NCBI RefSeq assembly: GCF_032444005.1
Contig: NC_091285.1
Coordinates: 641,142,001-641,206,000 of the forward strand
Source: Ranitomeya imitator
Lineage: Eukaryota
Direction of reading: 5' to 3'
DNA length: 64,000 bases
Shown one piece after another: positions 1 to 11,945 of the stretch. Each line of letters starts with the position of its first letter. Positions within the stretch are counted from its first letter, which is position 1. Position numbers and translations under genes: made by a program. A model generated the notes under the pieces. The model was not told the DNA's origin. It made no database searches and worked only from the letters and a program-made list of their open reading frames with translations.

Positions 1-445
1 TTCTTTTTGAAGGTTTCTATGGTAGGCGCAAGTCTGATGTGTTGGGGTAGAGAGTTCCAGAGTATGGGGGAAGCACGGGAGAAGTCTTGGATGCGGTTAT
101 GGGAAGAAGAGATGAGAGGGGAGTAGAGTAGGAGATCTTGTGAGGATCGGAGGTTGCGTGTAGGTAGGTACCGGGAGACCATGTCACAGATGTATGGAGG
201 AGACAGGTTGTGGATGGCTTTGTATGTCAGTGTGAGGGTTTTGAACTGTAGTCTCTGGGCGATAGGAAGCCAGTGAAGGGCTTGACACAGGGGAGAGGCT
301 GGGGAATAGGTGGATTAGTCGGGCAGCAGAGTGTAGGATGGATTGGAGTGGTGCCAGAGTGCTAGAGGGGAGTCCAGAGAGTAGGAGGTTGCAGTAGTCG
401 AGGCGGGAGATGATAAGGGCATGCACTAGCGTTTTTGCAGTGTTG
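1..445 (-). mobile_element. L2/CR1-group LINE remnant (RT C-terminal region)
   Basis: Minus frame 184-426 reads (V)HALIISRLDYCNLLLSGLP...LQSILHSAARLI, the typical L2-clade post-RT motif. The sequence is cut at ~445 where the L1 begins. Confidence 0.8.
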
Positions 446-3002
446 CAATACTACTCTCATTTTCTCACTATCCTCTCTCCTTTTCTCATTCGTTTATTTA
501 ACTACTGGCGCTCTATGGGTACTATTGAGAGAGAGGGTCTGGAGGCTTGTATCTCGACACTTCCTAAACCTGGGAAACCTATGACCTCTCCTGGCAATTT
601 TCATCCCATCGCCCTTCTAAATTGTGATGTAAAGATATATGCTAAGGTCTGGGCCAATAGGTTATTGTCGGTGCTCCCATCCTTGGTTCACTCAGACCAG
701 GTTGGGTTTGTCCCGGGTAGGCAAACTAGAGATGGTACGAGACGCTTGATCGACCTGCTGGATGTGGTGGAGAGGCGGAGCCTCCCCAGTGTGTTCCTGT
801 CTCTCGACACGGAAAAGGCGTTCGATCGGGTGCACTGGGGCTATATAGCATCTACTTTGCACAAATTTGGTCTTACTGGCCAGATTTTTTCAGCTATTAT
901 GGCTTTGTATTCCAATCCTTGTGCCTCAGTTCGCTCAGCCGGCTTTAAATCCCGTATATTTTCTATTTCAAATGGGACCCGGCAGGGTTGCCCCCTCTCC
1001 CCCATCATCTTTGCTTTAGTCATGGAGCCCCTGGCGGCTGCGGTGAGGCAATGCCCTGACATTAGGGGGGGTAATGGTGGGAAGTCAGGAGCACAAAATT
1101 GGCCTCTACGCCGACGATGTGGTGTTGTCTTGCTCTGCTCCTCTACAGTCACTATCTGCAGTGTCTTCCATTCTTACCCAATTTGCTGAAGCCTCCTATT
1201 ATAAGCTAAATCTGTCCAAGTCCACAATTTTTCCCCTATTTATCTCTTCCTCTCTCCAACTTCAAATCCAAAATATTTACCCTTTTATATGGTCTCCGCT
1301 CGGATTCACTTATCTAGGTATTCAAATTACCCATATTAAAAACATTGTTCGACTTAACTGTGATTCAACCCTCCACGAAATTAAAAAAGAAATTGACCAG
1401 CTTGCCTGCTCTCATCTATCCTGGATGGCTAGGATACAAACGTCTAAGATGTTAATTCTCCCTAAACTTATATATCTTTTTAGATGCCTCCCCTTCGCTA
1501 TCCCCTCTAAGTACCTCTCTGCTTTTCAAGCAATTATTGACCGTTTTATTTGGAATAACAAGCCACATAGAATAAAACGCTCCCTAATGTCTCTCCCATA
1601 TGCCAGGGGAGGTCTTGGTGCCCCTAATATCCACCTTTACCACAAAGCTGCTCTCCTAGACCCCCTTAAGATTTGGTGGGAGGGGAACTCCTCCCTCCAG
1701 TGGCTCCATATTGAGTCGTGCTTTGCCCCTAGGGGTTCCCTCAAACTTTTGCTGGAGATCTGTTTGCTCCAGCCGCCCAGTTGGAGCTCCCCTCTTAAAA
1801 CAATTTGCTCCGCCACTAAGGTCTGGACAAGTCTCTGCCCTACTTACCTCCCTTTTATATTTGACTACGTCTCTATTCAAGCATTAGAATACGCAATAGA
1901 TGGTTTGTCTCTCTCTGCCTGGGGGGACTGCGGAATACACCGAGTGAATGATCTCTATAATGAGTCGGGCCTGAGATCATTTGCGGACCTCACTGCTCGC
2001 TATAACTTGCCTCCTAGGGCTTTTTTTCAGTGTTTCCAAATTCGTAGCCTCCTTAAACATTGCAACTCCTTCGGTGTGGCCGTGTCCCCCCTGGGTATGG
2101 AGACCCCAATCCACAGATTTTTCAGACCAAACACGTGGATTGATCATGGCATTTCCATCATTTATAAATCCCTCCTCTCCCATGATTTCTCTGAGAGACT
2201 CCCATTTATGTCCACTTGGGAGGGTGCCCTTGCATTCGAGGCTTCCCCGGAGGATTGGAGCATGGCTATGCTGCATCCTTCCAAATTCTCTTCGTGTCTT
2301 GGTCACCTCGACCAAAGCAAAAAAATTCAGCTCCTATGGTACTTCACTCCTGTTAAATTAGCTAAATTTTATCCCTCCTCTGCCCCATTATGCTGGAAAA
2401 ATTGTGGTGTTTCTGGTTTGCTGGCTCATGTATGGTGGAGTTGCCCTAGTGTGCAAATATTTTGGCGTCAGGTTGAAGCGATTCTTTCAGAGGTGACCCA
2501 TCTTCCTATCAACCTAACTGGCCCTCTAGCAGTATTGGGTATATCTCTCTTGGACTTCCCATCTTCCCTTCAACCCATTATTTCTAATATTCTTGTAGCG
2601 GCCCGACAATGTATTGCAAAGCACTGGAAATCTTCTAATATTCCCTCCAGACCTGAATTGATATCCAAAATTAATCTGCACTTTAGTTATGAGTCGATTA
2701 CTGCGGACTGTCTTGCAAAAAAGAACAAGGTCCTTACGTGGTGGGACCCTTGGGTCTCCTCACCCTTTATTTCCTCGCCTGACCACCATCCCCCTTCTTC
2801 TGCCAGCTGACTCAATTGTTTGATATCATAGCTATGTATGCACCCATGTATTGTAATTTTTTTTTGTTTCATTCTTGATCGTGGATATTTACATTTATGT
2901 CTGCCTCTTCCCCTCCCCCTTCCTCCCCCTTTTTCCTTTCCTTGTTGCATTTTAATTGTACTGTTTTCTCAATAAAAATTGAATGGTTAAAAAAAAAAAA
3001 AA
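446..3002 (+). mobile_element. 5'-truncated L1-clade LINE (ORF2 RT to C-terminus, 3'UTR, polyA)
   Basis: Motifs PKPGK, PIALLNCDVKI, SLDTEKAFDRV, GTRQGCPLSP, LYADD and C-terminal CWKNC..HVWWSC. One +1 frameshift in a G run at ~1064-1071 joins ORFs 410-1189 and 1074-2810. AATAAA at ~2971 and an A tail at ~2989-3002. Confidence 0.93.
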
Positions 3003-3388
3003 GCCAGCAGTTTGAAAAAGTTTCTTAAAAAGAAAGAAAAAAAAAAAAAAGGACTGAAGAAGAAAACACAATAAGGACAGTAATTAGGTCTACTGTAAGC
3101 AGGAAAAAAAAACGTATCCTATAATAGGACATTTTCATTTCAAATTTTGCAGGTTTTTACAGGATTTATCACCTATCCAAATGATATGATTGCTGGGAGG
3201 TCCTATCGTTGGGACCCTCACATATCTGGTGCATTTCCAAGTCCCCCCATGAAGGGAACACTAGTGCTCATATGTGACCATTCTCTTCTACAGGAATAAG
3301 GATATAAAAGAAGAAGACAGCACATAGAAGTGAATGGACCGATGGTCATGCATGCTCACCACCACTACATTCACAAAAGGAACTTGAA

Positions 3389-3745
3389 GAGGAGTATTCG
3401 CATCTCCAAGATCCTATCCCGATATGTACAAGATGTAATGATAATAATATTAGAAAATACCTCCATTTAGAAATGTACTAAGTTCTTCTGATTCGCTATC
3501 TCTCTCACTCCATGTGCAGGGCATTGCAGTAGCTTAAGCATCTATGGCTACAACCAGTCATATTAGTGCCAGTTAGTTAGTGCTCATAACCATGGATACC
3601 TAAGCTACTGCAATGCCCTGCACATGGGGCAAGTGACATAGCGAATCAGAAGAACTATACTACATTTCTAATTGGAGGTATCTGCTAATAATATTATTAC
3701 ACCTACTACATATTGGGATGGGATCTTGGAGATGGGAATACCCCT
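3389..3745. mobile_element. Palindromic MITE (TTAA-flanked, T2/Kolobok-like)
   Basis: Arms GAGGAGTATTCGCATCTCCAAGATCC... and ...GGATCTTGGAGATGGGAATACCCCT followed by TTAA. About 160 bp of imperfect inverted complementarity. Confidence 0.65.
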
Positions 3746-4161
3746 TTAAGGATACACATTTTCACGGTGGTCTGAGTATTCAGATCCTAGAAATATTTTA
3801 TATTTGAGCGTTGTAGAACTTTTCATTGCTAATCACTTAAGGGGGGGTCTGTTGATGCATAGACAGATACAGAAACACACTCAGGTTTCCGTCATACATA
3901 TATGTTTCCATGATGGAAACCCCTATAATTGCTGCATCAGTGGAAAAGTTGCACAACTTTATAATAAACCTTATGCTAAAATAAAAAAAGAAAAAGGGAC
4001 AATAGAGAGATAGAGAGCACAAGGTATGCTACAAAGCTGGAGAAAATGTTAGATTATTTTACATTGAAACCCCCCCAAACTCTACGCGACCTGTGTGAAC
4101 GATGTTTTTGGTAATCCTATAGGTGCACCCATACGGGAGGTCTTCTACAGGGCTTCCTTAC

Positions 4162-4363
4162 CAGAGCAGAACGCTGCCTCCAGTATGTCGGAGTCCTCCT
4201 TGCTGAAGGGGTTCCAGGAGCTTCTGCCATCATGTGTCCTGGCATAGAACCAGTGCGGGGCCACCACCTCGTAGTACATTGTTGTCTCCATCGTCTCAGT
4301 AGAGACCGGGTACAAGATCGGTGGAGGGGTCTCCAGTATATTGAATGTGTCCAGTGACGCCAT
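4162..4363 (-). CDS. DDHD2: First coding exon of DDHD2-like phospholipase/triacylglycerol lipase
   Basis: YEVVAPHWFYARTHDGRSSWNPFSKEDSDILEAAFCSG matches, from memory, human DDHD2 [38 protein letters not shown]. The short N-terminus fits DDHD2 better than SEC23IP. Polypyrimidine plus CTAG acceptor (exon starts 4366), ATG at 4363, phase-1 donor G|GTAAG at 4161. Later exons presumably lie left of the window. Confidence 0.85.
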
Positions 4364-5255
4364 GTGCTAGAATGACAAAGTAAACTAATGAAAGAGTCAG
4401 CGGAGGCGATGCTGCACTTACACAGGCCGGGGATCCTTCTTCTATCTGACTAATATCACAGAGAAGACTTTGTCCCCTCCTTCCACGGTGTTACGTAAGA
4501 TCAGCTCTGTAGGAAAAGCTGGGGGGGTTGGTATAAACACTTAGACTTCTATATTGACCATGGGAGGTTTTGACTATTGTGTTCAGAAACCAGTATGTAG
4601 AAATCAGCTAAAACTTTGCCAACTTCTTTACGGATCGTTGTTTGCACATAAAGGGCAACTACGTTTTCTGAGAACTTTTGGCACGTTAGAGACTTGGGTG
4701 CCAGATCCTGAGACTTCCACCAATCACTGAAATAAAGTTGGTGACACACTGCGCTCCTCCAAGAGTGAAGACCAGGTTTTAGCAACCTCTGAAGATCTCA
4801 GCTTCTGGACACCCACTGATAAAAACGTCTGACGCTTCTCTATGACATTTCAAAAGTTTAATTCTAGACATTCTACCCTCTAATGATTGTATGTCTCATC
4901 AGAAATCTTACTACAGTCAAACGCTGGAGTAAGGTACTCCACCGCTTGTCATGAATTAGCTGTGACGTCAGACCATTTTGACAAAGCTGGGCAAAACTGG
5001 CATAAAACCAACAAAAATGGCAAAATTATTCGACAACCTCATGGGGCGCAAAACTGTTGAGACTTATCAATCTTTCATGCTTTTTTCTTGTGACCATCAA
5101 CTAATAAAGCTGGAGAAGCAAAAAGCACAAATAGTGTCTTATCTCAGACAAATGAAATAAAATATTGTAGGTACGCTCACCTGATCGGGTTGGGACAGTC
5201 ACAACTCCCATAAAACCATGTAATGGCTGCTGCTGGACCACCAATAACATGCCGG

Positions 5256-5658
5256 GCAGAAAAAGAGGACTACGTGGTTCAGAGTCCGCGCTGCCCTAGG
5301 TTCAAAGGTGCAGTCACACACAAGGATAAAGCATGAATGCGGTTTGTGTCAACGCGTTTCAAGGTTTCTGTCAAAATTACATATTTTTGTATTTTGCGTT
5401 CACTCTGTATATGCTACAATGACGTGGTATCATGACTGCTAAGATTCGCTACTTAGAGCCTTTTTTCCGAATACATTGTCCATATATTTCTGCAGTTTTT
5501 GAGTTGTATGCTCATTGTGGTTTGGTCTTGATGAAGAGCTTTGGAAACCTTGAAACGCGTTGCCACAATAAACCCCATTCATGCTTTAACCTTGTGTGTG
5601 TCTGCACCTTTGAACCTTGGACAGCGTGGACTCAACCACCGTATTCCTCTTTTTCTGC
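5256..5658. repeat. Inverted pair of Penelope-like terminal fragments (5256-5368 and 5544-5658)
   Basis: ~115-bp arms are reverse complements, including an exact 19-mer CAACGCGTTTCAAGGTTTC / GAAACCTTGAAACGCGTTG. The GAAACGCGT motif is typical of PLE pseudo-LTR hammerheads. Confidence 0.65.
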
Positions 5659-5699
5659 ATGAAATTTCTGGTGAAGAGACTTTGATGAATCGGGGCCAC

Positions 5700-7202
5700 A
5701 ATGTTTTGACTGCAGTGGTGACATCACGTAGTCAGCGCACATCACCGCTGTAGCTAATCACTGAGCTCAGGATCACAGTTACCCGAACATGATTCGGGTC
5801 AGTTTTTACTGTCCCCAGTCTCATAATCGCTGTTATTGAGAAAAAAAAAAAAGGCTGATTTCCCCATTCATTTCTCTCTCCTCTGAAATGATCTAGAGGA
5901 GAAATGGGGTCCCCCAAGCCCCACGGTAGCTCCACCATCCCCAGCCCTCCACGTTTTCTTCCTGGAAGAAAATGGAGAGTGCATGCGTAGTGCGCCTGGC
6001 CCGCCGAGATCTGCCAGACGGTACCCGACAACAATACAAAATTTTTCCTATTGGTTTATTTTGATCATTGTGATAGACCCTATCACAGTCATCAAAATAA
6101 AAAAAAAATAGTAAATCAAATTCCCCTTTGTCACCCCCTTAGTTAGGTAAAAATAATAAAACTAAAAAAAAAAAATGCATTTTTCCCCATTCTTTACAGT
6201 TATGGTTGGGGCTAGGGTAAGGTTGGGGTTACGGTTGTGGTGTTGGGGCTATAGCTGTGGTTAGGGTTAGGATTGGAATTAGGGTTGGGATTAGGGGTGT
6301 GTCGGGGTTAGGACTGTGTTGGGGTTGGAGTTATACAGTGGAAACCCCCCAATTCTAAGTACATCAGGGGGTCTCCAAACCCAACATGGCACCCGCCATT
6401 GATTCCGCCAATTTTGCGTTGAAAAAGTCAAACGGTGCTCCCTCCCTTCTGAGCCCTGCCATGCTCTAAAACAGTGGCTTTCCCCCACATCGGCGATATC
6501 GGCGTACTCAGGAGAAATTGCATAACACATTTTGTGGTTCATTTGCTCGCGATACCCTTGTGAAAATAAAAAAGTTTGGGTCTAGTAAATTTTTTGTGAA
6601 AAAAAGTTAAATGTTAATATTTTCCTTCTATACCTCTTTAGTTCTCGTGAAGCACATGAAGGGTTAATAAACTTCTTGAATGTGGTTTTGCGCACCTTGT
6701 GGGGTGCAGATTTTTTAGAATGGTGTCACTTTTGGGTATTTTATGTCATACTGACCCCCCCAAAGTCACTTCAAATGTGAGGTGGTCGGAAAAATGAGAA
6801 ATTGCCGGTCAACTTTTAACCCTTATAACTTCCTAACAAAAAAAAAATTAAAAAACTGTTTCTAAGATTGTGCTGATGTAAAGTTGACATGTGGGAAATG
6901 TTATTTATTAACTATTTTGTCTGACACGACTCTTTACTTTAAGGACACAAAAATTAAAAAAAGTTTGAAAATTGTTAAATTTTTAAAATTTTTGCCTAAT
7001 TTCCATTTTTTCCATAAATAAATGCAAGTCACATCCAATAAATTTTACCACTAACAACTGTCACGAAAAAACAAATCTAAGAATCAGTGGGATACGTTGA
7101 AGCGTTCCAGAGCTATAACCTCATACAGTGACAGTGATCAGACTTGTAAAAAAAATGGCTTGGTCATTAAGGTCAAAATTGGCTCATTCACTAAAGGGTT
7201 AA
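5700..7202 (-). mobile_element. Non-autonomous TTAA-ended (piggyBac-like) element, partial, inverted relative to 7597-9606
   Basis: Ends ...AAAGGG-TTAA at 7202. Segment 6340-6560 is a diverged reverse complement of ~8400-8790. Contains degenerate GGGTTA repeats at ~6200-6330. The left boundary is uncertain. Confidence 0.55.
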
Positions 7203-7479
7203 AGTGGTTGCCCCCTTTCTGGGAGGGGGGGGGGGGGGAAGAGGGAAATAAAAAAACAAAAACAAAACAACCTTGGCTTTCCTCACCCTACCCTGGTCCA
7301 GCGTTGTGTCTCCATCACTTGCCCTTATTTGGCTGCAGCGGTGACGTCTTTCCTGCACATGACTAGGCAGTTGGTCACCAATCAGCCATCATGTGTGGAT
7401 CATCTGTACGTCATCACTAGTGGAGATCGACCAGCAAAACAACCAGCATGGCGCCACTGAAGACATGACGGATTTATTG

Positions 7480-9647
7480 GGCCTTATTGAGACATCAGTA
7501 TTTTTCGTCAGAAGTGGCACAAAAACTCAGAAGAGCTGCAAATCTTCTATTATACCTTCTCTCTCTCTGTAGGATCCACTACTGATTTTTGCTTAACCCC
7601 TTTACCCCCAAGGGTGGTTTGCACGTTAATGACCGGGCCAATTTTTACAATTCTGACCACTGTCCCTTTATGAGGTTATAACCCTGGAACGCTTCAACAG
7701 ATCCCGGTGATTCTGACTTTGTTTTTTCATGACATATTGTACTTCATGTTAGTGGTAACATTTCCTTGACATTACTTGAGTTTGTGAAAAAAAAAAAATG
7801 GAATTTTGGCAAAAATTTAAAAATTTTGCAATTTTCCAACTTTGAATTACAGAGATATGTCACACAAAATACTTACCATAATAAAGTAACATTTCCCACA
7901 TGTCTACTTTACATCAGCACAATTTTGGAACCAACATTTTTTTTTTGCTAGGGAGTTATAAGGGTTAAATTTGACCAGCGATTTCTCATTTTTACAACAC
8001 CATTTTATTTTTTAGGGACCACATCACATTTGAAGTCACTTTGAGGGGCCTATATGGCTGAAAATACCCAAAAGTGACACCATTCTAAAAACTGCACCCC
8101 TCAAGGTGCTCAAGACCACATTCAAGAAGTTTATTAACCCTTCCGGTGTTTCACAGGAATTTTTTGAATGTTTTTTAAAAAAAAAAAAAAGAACATTAAC
8201 TTTTTTTTTTTTTTCACAAAAATTTTTTACTTCTGATACAATTTCTTTTAGTTTCCCAAGGCTAACAAGAGAAATTGGACCCCAAATGTTGTTGTACAAT
8301 TTGTCCTGAGGAGACCGATACCCCATATTTGGGAGAAAACTACTGTTTGGGCGCATGGCAGAGCTCGGAAGGGAAGAAATGGTGTTTTGGAATGCAGACT
8401 GATGGAATGGTCTGTGGGCGTCACATTGCGTTTGCAGAGCCCCTGATGTACCTAAACAGTAGAAACCCCCCAACAAGTGACCCCATATTGGAAACTAGAC
8501 CCCCCAAGGAACTTGTCTAGATTGTGGTGATCACTTAGAACTCCCAAGTGTTTCACTAAAGTTTATAACGTAGAGCCGTAAAAATAAAAAACCTTTTTTT
8601 CCCCACAAAAATGATTTTTTAGCCCTCAGTTTTGTATTTTCCCATGGGTAACAGGAGAAATTGGACCCCAAAAGTTGTTGTACAATTTGTTCTGAGTACG
8701 CTGATATCCCATATGTGGGGGTAAACCACTGTTTGGGCGCACGGCAGAGCTCGGAAGGGAAGGAGCACCGTTTCACTTTTTCAACGCAGAATTGCATGGA
8801 TTGAGATCGGACGTCACAATTCTAACTCCAACCCTAACCCCAACACACCCTTAAGCCTAATTCCAACCCTAACCACACCCCTAACCCAAACACACCCCTA
8901 ACCCTAATCCCAACCCACCCCTAACCTCAACACACCCCTAACCCTAATCCCAACCCTAACCATACCCGACACACCCTTAACCCAACCGTAATCCAAACCC
9001 TAACCCCAACTCTAGCCCCAACCCTAACTTTAGCCCCAGCCCTAAGTTTAGCCCCAAATGGAAATAAATACATGTTTTTATTTTATTATTTTTCCCTACC
9101 TAAGGCGGTGATAAAGGGGGGGGGTTTGATTTACTATTTATTGCGGGTTTTTATGATTGGCAGCTGTCATACACTAAAAGACGCTTTTTATTGCAAAAAA
9201 TATTTTTTTGCGTTACCACATTTTGAGAGCTATAATTTTTCCATATTTTGGTCCACAGAGTCATGTGAGGTCTTGTTTTTTTCGGGAAGAGTTGTCGTTT
9301 TTATTAGTATCATTTTTGGGCACATGACTTTTTTTTGATCGCTTTTTATTCTGATTTTTGTGGTTAGGCAGAATAAACAATCACATCGCGTTGCTCCGAG
9401 GGTCTCAGGGAAGCACGCAGGGAGCCCCCCTATGCTTCCCTATGCAGCCGGAATGCTGCGATCATGTTTGATCGCAGTGTGCCGGGGGTTAATGTACCAG
9501 GAGCGGTCCGTGAGCGCGGCTGTTCGCGTTAGACGTACTATCCGGTTGGTGGTCATACGGGCCCATACCACCTCGACGGGATAGTACATCTAATGTCAAA
9601 AAGGGGTTAAAAATACTGAGGCAAAATACTGACATGTGAATAAGGCC
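7480..9647. mobile_element. Small MITE split by a piggyBac-like insertion
   Basis: Imperfect TIRs GGCCTTATTGAGACATCAGTATTTT / AAAATACTGACATGTGAATAAGGCC. The flanks of the TTAA site rejoin into the TTTTGGCTTA(C)AAATACTGA motif seen intact at ~39890. Confidence 0.55.
7597..9606 (+). mobile_element. Non-autonomous piggyBac-like DNA transposon
   Basis: TTAA (7593-7596) CCCCTTT ... AAAGGGG TTAA (9607-9610). No transposase ORF. Internal degenerate (CCCTAA)-like repeats at 8820-9060. Confidence 0.72.
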
Positions 9648-10690
9648 AAGTTAGTCATCTCCAGTTTCCTGCAGTGTGGCAATTTCTAAAGAATCCTGGA
9701 CAGTTCTTATAATTGAGTATCTACAGACAATATTTCCATTCCCAGTGATGCAATAGTTTTCACCTCTCAAAGAAAACCAGGTCAAAAGTGACCAGTTTTT
9801 GCTCTTATTTTATTCCCACTGTTCCCTTGAGTATTCAGTCTTTGTGGGTTTATATATAATTAATTTTACCATCCAGCTAGAGAAATGGATTTTTTTTTTT
9901 TTTTTATTTGCTGCTAATTTTTATGGTCTTTACAAGGGCACGTGGCTCTAGGGTGACAATGCAGAGCAGCCTAAAGACACGCCCCAGAGGATCCTGTGAG
10001 CCACACCCCCTAGGTAAAGACTACAAAACATTTGCACTATGTAAAAAGAGCTATAACAGAACCAAAGACAGACAAAAAATTCTTGGTGGGAGAAGATAAG
10101 TAAGAAGAGATCACGTGAAGCATGTGCAGGACATGATCTAAAGGCATCTATTTAACTGAGTAGATGAGGGTAACGTAAAGGCTATCAAAATTGCAGCATC
10201 AGTGGCTTTACATTAAACAGTGAGCAAATTACAAACATAAGAATAAAAAAGTTTAAAAAGTTATGTGCACGCTGAATATTTATTCTGAATTTTCAGAGCA
10301 AAAGCGCAATGTTTTTGAGATACAGAAAGTTTACTCTTAATTTCAGTTCCAAAAAAAAAAAAACCTTTGTGCACATAACCCAAGTTGGAATCCACCAATA
10401 ACATATTAGAGAATAGATTTTGTAACCCAGACAAGCATTTTGGGTAAGCACTGACATACAAAAGCAAATTTTAGGACATTGACGGCCAACTATGATGCCT
10501 AAAATGGACACGGTTCAAAATTGTGCCATTTAGATGTGTATTCAAACTGGCGTTTCAAGCTCAAATTTTCAGACAAGATGAAGATTACAAATTCATACTC
10601 AACTGGTTAGATGTTAAATGACAATCTGTCCCCCTGAGGGCAATATAATGTAGGGACAGAGATCCCGATTCCAGAGATGTGTCACTTAAT

Positions 10691-10924
10691 GGCTTTCTTG
10701 CTGTAGTTTTGGATAACAGATGTCTCAGCTGCAGCTCTGCTAGTCTTCTCAATGATGAGCTCTGTCTATCCGCCATCTGTATCACACACTATTGGTCAGA
10801 AGCTTTCTGTCTACACTGTGCATAATCAATCTTGCCAGTGGGGGTTAGACAGAGCTCATCAATGAGAAGACTAGCAGAGCTGCAGCAGAGAAAACGGAGT
10901 TTATCACAACTACAGAAACAAGCC
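10691..10924. repeat. Palindromic MITE-like inverted repeat
   Basis: CTGCAGCTCTGCTAGTCTTCTCAATGATGAGCTCTGTCTA is mirrored by TAGACAGAGCTCATCAATGAGAAGACTAGCAGAGCTGCAG. Confidence 0.6.
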
Positions 10925-11480
10925 AAGTAAATGACACTGCACTGGAATCAATAGCTCTCAAACTGAGAAGTATAACCTGATGACAGAATACATTAAAGAT
11001 GGCCAATGACTGTATTCCGGCTGACCACGCTGTTGTGGCTTTTCTTTAGCTTTTTTTATGAAGTCACAAAAGCATTTTCTTACTAAGCAGATACCGTATT
11101 TTATTTTTGATGCATGTATCAATTGATATGAAGGGGGACGACAATGAAATTTTATTTTTTTTTTCCACAATGCAAATTGGGATCAGCTGACTAATTTGTA
11201 TGGGAGCCTCCTGATAGGTGGTATTTTAATGAGATAAGCCACCATCAAATGGTGTCTGGCAGTGGCTTCCTACCCTTTTCCAACCAAGAACACATGCACA
11301 CTTTACAGTTCCAACAAGGTACTGAAGACACATCTTTTCCGTAATTTGGTAAATTATAAAATGTTGAATCCACACCCAAAAATAATGCAAAAAAAAACAA
11401 AGCAAAAAACATCATCAGGTGTAGCCGTGTATCCATATAGCCTACTCTTGTGGAGTCTAGGATATTTCCTGGACTAAATT

Positions 11481-11945
11481 CTATACATCAAATTCTATTG
11501 CCTTATCTTCAGAAGCAGGATTTCGAGAAACACAGATGTAGGATTCTAAAGCATTTTTGGGAAAAACAAAAAACAACCAAACACTCACACAAATTTGGCG
11601 TTTTTGTAAGGAACGACTTATTGTAGATGTGTGAACATTGACTCCCATCAAAGAAGCGGCATTCTGAAGGTCTTTCAGAGTCGTCAATGGCTGCAGCGAG
11701 AAATCCTCAACTAACCTCCTGAATACATGGCTGCACAGCTTAGGAGGGCGACCTGACCTTGGTAGAGTCTCTGTAGTGTGGTAGGTCTTCCATTTGACAA
11801 CGATACTGCGCACTGTGCTTACGTGGAGAGTCAGTGCCTTTGAAATTTTTTTATACCCTTCTCCAGCTTTGTAGAGCGCTACAACGCTGTCCCGCACGTC
11901 TTGAGAAAGCTGCTTGTTCTTCATGTTGCTTTTGATGACCACCAA
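11481..11945 (-). pseudogene. Tc1-like transposase N-terminal (paired-like HTH) remnant
   Basis: KQLSQDVRDSVVALYKAGEGYKKISKAL..HVSTVRSIVVKWK...LPRSGRPPKL. The DDE domain is absent. Confidence 0.85.

Noticed and set aside
1-4161. Next DDHD2 exon (expected TDGGRYDV...RRCTWFY motif)
   Set aside because: Not seen by eye; it presumably lies left of the window.
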